Positions 58,818 to 64,000 of a DNA stretch of 64,000 nucleotides are shown one piece after another. The first letter of the stretch is position 1. Every line of letters begins with the position of its first letter. Made by a program: the position numbers and the translations under genes. The notes under the pieces were generated by a model. That model ran no database searches. It saw nothing but the letters and a program-made list of their open reading frames with translations, and was not told the origin of the DNA. Origin of the DNA: Planctomycetota bacterium (GTDB taxonomy: Bacteria; Planctomycetota; PLA2; JAEUHO01); assembly GCA_965223505.1 (NCBI GenBank), contig CBDCWP010000041.1, forward strand, positions 33,800 to 97,799, read 5' to 3'.

Positions 58818-60249
58818 CTACCTCTTCTTGCCCTTGCGGTTGTCTTTCGGGGTGAACCAGCCCTTGATGTCGGCCCCGTCCTTCTTGAGCTGCTTGAGCC
58901 GCTTGGACTTCTGGCGCCTCATGGCCTTGTCGGCCATGCGGCCCATCAGGCCTTGCTTCTTCAGGTCCTTCATCTGGCGCCGCATCTGCTTGTGCATCTT
59001 GAGCACCTCGTTGACGGTCGCCACGGAGGTGCCGGAGCCCCGGGCCGCCCCGGTGGCGGCGCTGCATGTGGATGATCGTGGGATCCGCTCGCTCCTGCGG
59101 GGTCAGGGAGGAGATCACCGCGACCCAGCGCCGCATCTCGTCGTTCTGGGGCATGTCCCCCATCTGCGACTCGTCGATCTGGGCCATGCCGGGGATCTTC
59201 TTCATGAGATCCCGCATGTTGCCCATCTTCGTGATCTGCTCGAACTGGGTGCGCATGTCGTCGAGCGTGAAGCGGTCCATGAAGAGCCGCTCGGCGGCTT
59301 CCTGGGCCTTCTCCTGGTCCACGACCTCCTGGGCCTGCTCGACGAGGCCGACCACGTCGCCCATGCCGAGGATGCGCGACGCCATGCGGTCCGGAACGAA
59401 CGACTCCAGCGCGTCGAGCTTCTCGCCGACACCGACGTAGCGGATCGGCTTGGTGGTGACCTCGCGGATCGCCAGCGCGGCGCCGCCGCGCGCGTCGCCG
59501 TCGGCCTTGGTCAGCACGACGCCGGACAGCTCCAGGCGCTGATTGAACTCGTACGCGCTCGTGACGGCGTCCTGGCCCTGCATCGCGTCCACAGCGAGCC
59601 AGATCTCCTCCGGATCGATCGCGTCGCGGATGTCCTCGAGCTCGTCCATGAGGTCGTCGTCGATGTGCAGCCGGCCGGCCGTGTCGAGCAGCACCACGTC
59701 ACAGCCGAGCTCGATCGCTTTCTTGACACCGCGCTTGCAGATCTTGGGCGGCCGACCGCCGTCCTCGAAGTAGACGGGCACGTCGATCTGTTGCCCGAGC
59801 ACCTTGAGCTGTTCGATGGCGGCGGGACGCTGGACGTCGGCGGCGACCATCAGCGGCTTCTTCGATTCGCGCTTCTTGAGACGGCGCGCCAGCTTCGCGG
59901 TCGTGGTCGTCTTGCCCGTACCTTGCAGACCCACCATCATGATGACGGTCGGGCCCTTGCTGCTCCAGGCGATGCGGGTCTCTTCGCCGCCGAGCAGCGC
60001 TACCATCTCGTCCTGGACGATCTTGATGAACTGGTCGGAGGGCTTGACGCCCTTGAGCGTCTCGATGCCGAGCGCCTGCTCGCGCACGCGCGCGACGAAC
60101 TCCTTGACGACGCGCAGGTTCACGTCGGCTTCGAGCAGCGCCTTGCGGACGGCGGCGATGCCCTCGTCGATGTTCTTCTCGGTCAGGCGGCCGGTGCGGC
60201 TCAGGCCGGAGAAGATCTGCGAGAAGCGATTGGCGAGGGTGTCGAACAA
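58818..60249 (-). CDS. ffh: Signal recognition particle protein with an apparent +1 frameshift near 59048-59051
   Basis: 'ALLEADV', 'GLQGTGKTTT', 'DTAGR', 'TKADGDARGG', 'RILGMGD'. The M-domain end 'ARGSGTSVATVNEVL' continues in another frame to the stop at 58818. Confidence 0.95.
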
Positions 60250-60406
60250 GGGCGCTAGATCCCGTCAAATGGGGTTTGGGGCCCAATCCGGGGGCCGAAC
60301 GGGACATTGAACCATTGGGGGGCGGGGGACGAAGGGAAGGAGGGGGTGCCTGGAGATCAGGGGCGCGGGTCGCGAGGCGCTCGGTTCCGGGCTGTCGCCC
60401 ATGCTT

Positions 60407-60495
60407 CCCGGGAGACGGGATGCGGGAAGCGGGAGACGGGACTTCGCTCCGAGGTACCGGTTCCCGTGTCCCGTTTGCCGTCTTCCGGTTCCCGG
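60407..60495. repeat. Heptamer-built palindromic intergenic element
   Basis: CGGGAGA CGGGATG CGGGAAG CGGGAGA CGGGACT TCGCTCCG AGGTACCG GTTCCCG TGTCCCG TTTGCCG TCTTCCG GTTCCCG. Confidence 0.8.
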
Positions 60496-60551
60496 CAGGC
60501 GTGCCACGCAAGCGACGCTCGGTCGAGGTGTCGCTCTCGTCCCACGCTTTC

Positions 60552-61844
60552 CTACGCGGGAACCCCCTCATGCACGGGATTGGTCCGCCGGATCCGCGCC
60601 CCCAGCGCCTCGAGCTTCGCCTCGATGCGCTCGTACCCGCGGTCGATGTGATAGACGCGCTCCACCACCGTCGTGCCGCGCGCCGCGAGACCGGCCACCA
60701 CCAGCGCCGCCGACGCGCGCAGGTCCGACGCCATCACGTGACAGCCCGACACGTGATCCACCCCCTGCACCATCGCCGTCGCGCCCTCCTTGCGAATGTG
60801 CGCGCCCATGCGCTGCAGCTCCGCGATGTGGATGAATCGCTCCGGGTAGATTTTCTCCGTGACGAAGCTGTTCCCGTCCGCCACCGACAGCAACGCCATG
60901 AACTGCGCCTGCAGATCGGTCGGGAAGCCCGGGTAGGGCAGCGTCACGACGTCCACGGGCCGCGGCCGCTCGCAACCGCGCACCCGCAGCGCGCCGTCGT
61001 CGCGGCGCTCGATGTCCACCCCCATCTGGCCCAGCAACGCCATCGGCGCCGTCAGGCTCGCCGCGTTCGCGCCGCGAATGACGACGTCGCCGTTCGTCAT
61101 CGCCGCCGCGCACGCCAGCGTGCCCGCCTCGATGCGGTCCGGAATGATCCGGTACGTCGTCCCCGTCAGCCTGTCCACGCCCTCGACGTGGAGCGTCGGG
61201 CTGCCGATGCCCGCGATCTTCGCGCCCATCGCGACGAGGAACCGCGCCAGATCGACGACCTCCGGCTCGCACGCCGCGCTCTGGATCACCGTCGTGCCGG
61301 GCGTGAGCACGGCCGCGCACAGGACGTTCGAGGTGCCCGTCACGGTCGGGCCGAACGGCCCGCCCATGTAGATCTCGCGCGCGCCACGCAGCGGCCGCCC
61401 GACGGCCCGGATGTAGCCGCCGTCGATCTCGACCTCCGCCCCCAGCGACACGAGCCCGGCGATGTGCAGATCGACCGGCCGCGGGCCGAGGACGCAGCCT
61501 CCGGGAAAGCTCACCTCCGCGCGCTTGCGCCGGCCCACGAGGGGCCCGAGAACGCAGATCGAGGCGCGCATCGTCTTGACCAGCTCGTAGGGCGCCCGGA
61601 TCCGGCCGGGATCCTCGACCTCCGTGACGATCGCGCCGTCTTCGATCCGCTCGGCGCGCACCCCCAACGTGCCGAGGATCTTCAGCATCGTGTCGATGTC
61701 GCGCAGCCGCGGCACGCCTTCGATCCGGCACGGGCCGTCCGCGAGCAGCGTCGCCGCCAGGATCGGCAGGGCCGCGTTCTTGGCGCCGCCGACCTCCACC
61801 TCGCCGCGAAGCGCCACTCCGCCGTCGATCTCGAACTGGTCCAT
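60552..61844 (-). CDS. murA: UDP-N-acetylglucosamine 1-carboxyvinyltransferase
   Basis: 'GAKNAALP', 'MRASI', 'PGGCVLGPRPVDLH', 'PDRIEAGT', 'PGFPTDLQAQ', 'DLRA', 'HIDRGYE'. Confidence 0.98.
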   Translation of the reverse strand: MDQFEIDGGVALRGEVEVGGAKNAALPILAATLLADGPCRIEGVPRLRDIDTMLKILGTLGVRAERIEDGAIVTEVEDPGRIRAPYELVKTMRASICVLGPLVGRRKRAEVSFPGGCVLGPRPVDLHIAGLVSLGAEVEIDGGYIRAVGRPLRGAREIYMGGPFGPTVTGTSNVLCAAVLTPGTTVIQSAACEPEVVDLARFLVAMGAKIAGIGSPTLHVEGVDRLTGTTYRIIPDRIEAGTLACAAAMTNGDVVIRGANAASLTAPMALLGQMGVDIERRDDGALRVRGCERPRPVDVVTLPYPGFPTDLQAQFMALLSVADGNSFVTEKIYPERFIHIAELQRMGAHIRKEGATAMVQGVDHVSGCHVMASDLRASAALVVAGLAARGTTVVERVYHIDRGYERIEAKLEALGARIRRTNPVHEGVPA

Positions 61845-62013
61845 GGGCCTCCTGAGGTCTCGCCGCACGCGGCCGGTCGCCTGCGCTCGGATGCTAATGG
61901 CGCCCTACCCCCTCTTCGATCGGCCCCGGGGCGGGCCGTCCTCAGCTTGGGCGGCGGTCGGTTTGCGAATATCGTGAGGGATTCGCGTGCCGAATCGGCC
62001 CCAGGAGTGCTGT

Positions 62014-63390
62014 ATGCCCTCGAGCGCCTCGATCCCCGACCTTCGGGAATTCCTCAGTTCGCTCTCGTACGACCGCGACGCCTTGCGTGACGCCAAGGCC
62101 GCGGTCTCCGAATCGCGGGACTTTCGCAGGGAAGTGACCGCCGCCCTCGGCGAGATCGCCGAAGACGCCGCCGGAAACGACGCCGTTCGCCGCACCACGC
62201 TGCTCTACATGCTGAGCCGGCCGGAAGACGCGCTGAACACGCTCGGCGACATCGACCACTCGCCGCAGGCCGGCCTGCTGCGCGGACTCTTGTCGCTCGA
62301 GGTCGGCGATCCGACCAGCGCCGCGGCCGCGTTCGGCTCGCTCGTCGGCACCGGCGTCGAAGGCCCGCGCATGTTGGCCGACCTCGCGACGGCCGCCGCG
62401 CTTTGCGGCGACACCGCGATGGCGCAGAAGGCCGCCGCGAAGTTGCCGCAGGGCGCCGACGCGCTCTACGCCGAAGGCATCGCCCTCGAGTCCGACGGCG
62501 AGTACGAAGAGGCGCAGCTCAAGTACGAAGAGGCCATCACGGTCGATCCGGAGCACGCGCGCGCCTTGTTCCGTCTCGCGCAGCGCTACGACATGCAGGG
62601 TGAGGACGAGCGCGCGCTCGAGACCTACCGCCGTCTCGCGAACCTGCAGCCCACCTACGTCAACGCGTTGGTCAACATGGCGCTGCTGTACGAAGACACC
62701 GGCCGTTTCGCGGACGCCGAAGCCTGCTATCGCCGCGTGCTCAAGGCCGACCCGATGCACGTGCGCGCGCGCATCGGTCTCAAGGACTGCCAGGCGTCGC
62801 AGAACATGTACTACGACGAGGATCACGAGCGTCGCGAGGACCGGCGCAACCAGATCCTGCGCACGCCCATCACCGAGTTCGAGCTTTCGGTTCGTTCGCG
62901 CAATTGCCTCGCGAAGATGAACATCGAGTCGCTCGGCGACCTCGTCCGCAAGACCGAGCCGGAGCTGCTCGCGTACAAGAACTTCGGCGAGACCTCGCTG
63001 CAGGAGATCAAGGACATCCTCGCGCAGAAGGGCCTTCGCCTCGGCATGCGGCAGGACGACGACGCGCCGCTCTACGCGGCGCCGTCCGCGTCCGACGACG
63101 CCGCGGTGTCCGCCGTCTTCGGCGCGCCCCCGTCGCTCTTCGACCCGCCCGCGTCGCCCGGCGTCGCGCCGGTGGCGTCCACGTCGGATCCCGCGAACCT
63201 GCCGATCGAGTCGCTCGATCTCTCGATCCGCGCGCGACGCTGCATGGACAACCTCGAGATCCGCACCGTCGGCGATCTCATCACGCGTTCGGAGCAGGAG
63301 CTGCTCGCCTCGAAGAACTTCGGCCAGACCTCGCTCAACGAGGTCCGTCGCAAGCTCGAGGCGCTCGGACTCACGCTGCGCCGCCGCTAG
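62014..63390 (+). CDS. TPR protein with two C-terminal RNA polymerase alpha-CTD domains
   Basis: TPR repeats, then '[17 protein letters not shown]....[15 protein letters not shown]' and '[10 protein letters not shown]....TVGDL....[13 protein letters not shown]'. AGGAG RBS. Confidence 0.92.
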   Translation: MPSSASIPDLREFLSSLSYDRDALRDAKAAVSESRDFRREVTAALGEIAEDAAGNDAVRRTTLLYMLSRPEDALNTLGDIDHSPQAGLLRGLLSLEVGDPTSAAAAFGSLVGTGVEGPRMLADLATAAALCGDTAMAQKAAAKLPQGADALYAEGIALESDGEYEEAQLKYEEAITVDPEHARALFRLAQRYDMQGEDERALETYRRLANLQPTYVNALVNMALLYEDTGRFADAEACYRRVLKADPMHVRARIGLKDCQASQNMYYDEDHERREDRRNQILRTPITEFELSVRSRNCLAKMNIESLGDLVRKTEPELLAYKNFGETSLQEIKDILAQKGLRLGMRQDDDAPLYAAPSASDDAAVSAVFGAPPSLFDPPASPGVAPVASTSDPANLPIESLDLSIRARRCMDNLEIRTVGDLITRSEQELLASKNFGQTSLNEVRRKLEALGLTLRRR

Positions 63391-63454
63391 GTCGGGCCGG
63401 CGCGAATGCGCGGGCCCGCCCTGCCGTTGGCCCTGCGCGTCGCCGGTCCACCCG

Positions 63455-64000
63455 TCACTTCCGAAGGGAGCGACGGACGAGCTCGGCGACGCCGGCGTCG
63501 GCGTCCTTGCGAAGCTGCGCGTCCACGCGCTTGCGCGCCTCCGCCGCGTCCAGGCCCAGCGCCTGCAACGCCCGCACGGCGTCGGATGCGGCCTCGCCGC
63601 CCGCCACGGGGGCGGGCGCCTGCCCCGGCCCGTGGTCCTTCCACAGATCGCGCAGCTCGATGACGATGCGCTCGGCAGTCTTCTTGCCGATGCCCTTCAC
63701 CTTCGTGAGCGAGGCGACGTCGCCGCGGGCGACGGTCGAGGCCAGGTCCGCCGGCGGGAACCCCGAGAGCAGACTCAACGCCATCACGGGCCCGACGCCG
63801 TTGACCCGCACGAGCGCGCGGAAGACCTCGCGCTCCGAGCTCGTCGCGAAGCCGAACATCTTCCACTCGTCTTCGCGAACGGCGAGATGCACGAGCAATC
63901 GCGCGTCCTTGCCGACGGCCGGCAAGACCTCGTAGGTGGACAACGGAATGTGCACGCCGTATCCGAGGCCCGAGGTCTCGATGACGCAGCGCGCGGGCTC
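63455..64000 (-). CDS. ruvA: Holliday junction branch migration protein (5' end outside the window)
   Basis: 'GLGYGVHIP', 'HLAVRED...FGF', 'VNGVGP..AL', 'VKGIGKKTAERIVIEL', 'ALQALG'. Confidence 0.96.
   Translation of the reverse strand, partial: EPARCVIETSGLGYGVHIPLSTYEVLPAVGKDARLLVHLAVREDEWKMFGFATSSEREVFRALVRVNGVGPVMALSLLSGFPPADLASTVARGDVASLTKVKGIGKKTAERIVIELRDLWKDHGPGQAPAPVAGGEAASDAVRALQALGLDAAEARKRVDAQLRKDADAGVAELVRRSLRK

Overview
A very GC-rich bacterial window made almost entirely of housekeeping genes. The lineage is inferred to be Planctomycetota, based on a TPR + tandem RNAP alpha-CTD protein, an EndoIII-like 'NEVRVS' protein, PurS-fused PurL, and kinase/FHA/PDZ/VIT proteins. Recognisable genes: rpoD (partial), dnaG, rsmA, selB, recJ, comF, hutH, hisS, slyX, proS, addAB, a FabH-like KAS III, accA, purL, purQ, prmC, prfA, rpmE, maf, rpsP, ffh, murA and ruvA (partial). 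There are also DUF368, MFS, AsmA-like, S8-PDZ and several secreted hypothetical proteins. I saw no tRNA/rRNA, CRISPR array, transposase, prophage or clear defence island, and no complete new multi-gene system that I can support. The best leads are: (1) an EndoIII-like domain fused to a long histone-H1-like KKKAxA tail; (2) a ~160-nt structured leader between a perfect TATAAT and dnaG; (3) a heptamer-built palindromic repeat family sitting in front of hisS, proS and ffh; (4) GTAG-type REP doublets; (5) repeated leaderless-gene promoter signatures; (6) basic Lys/Arg tails on metabolic enzymes; (7) a probable CTG start for prmC. The single-base frameshifts in hisS and ffh are most likely sequencing errors.
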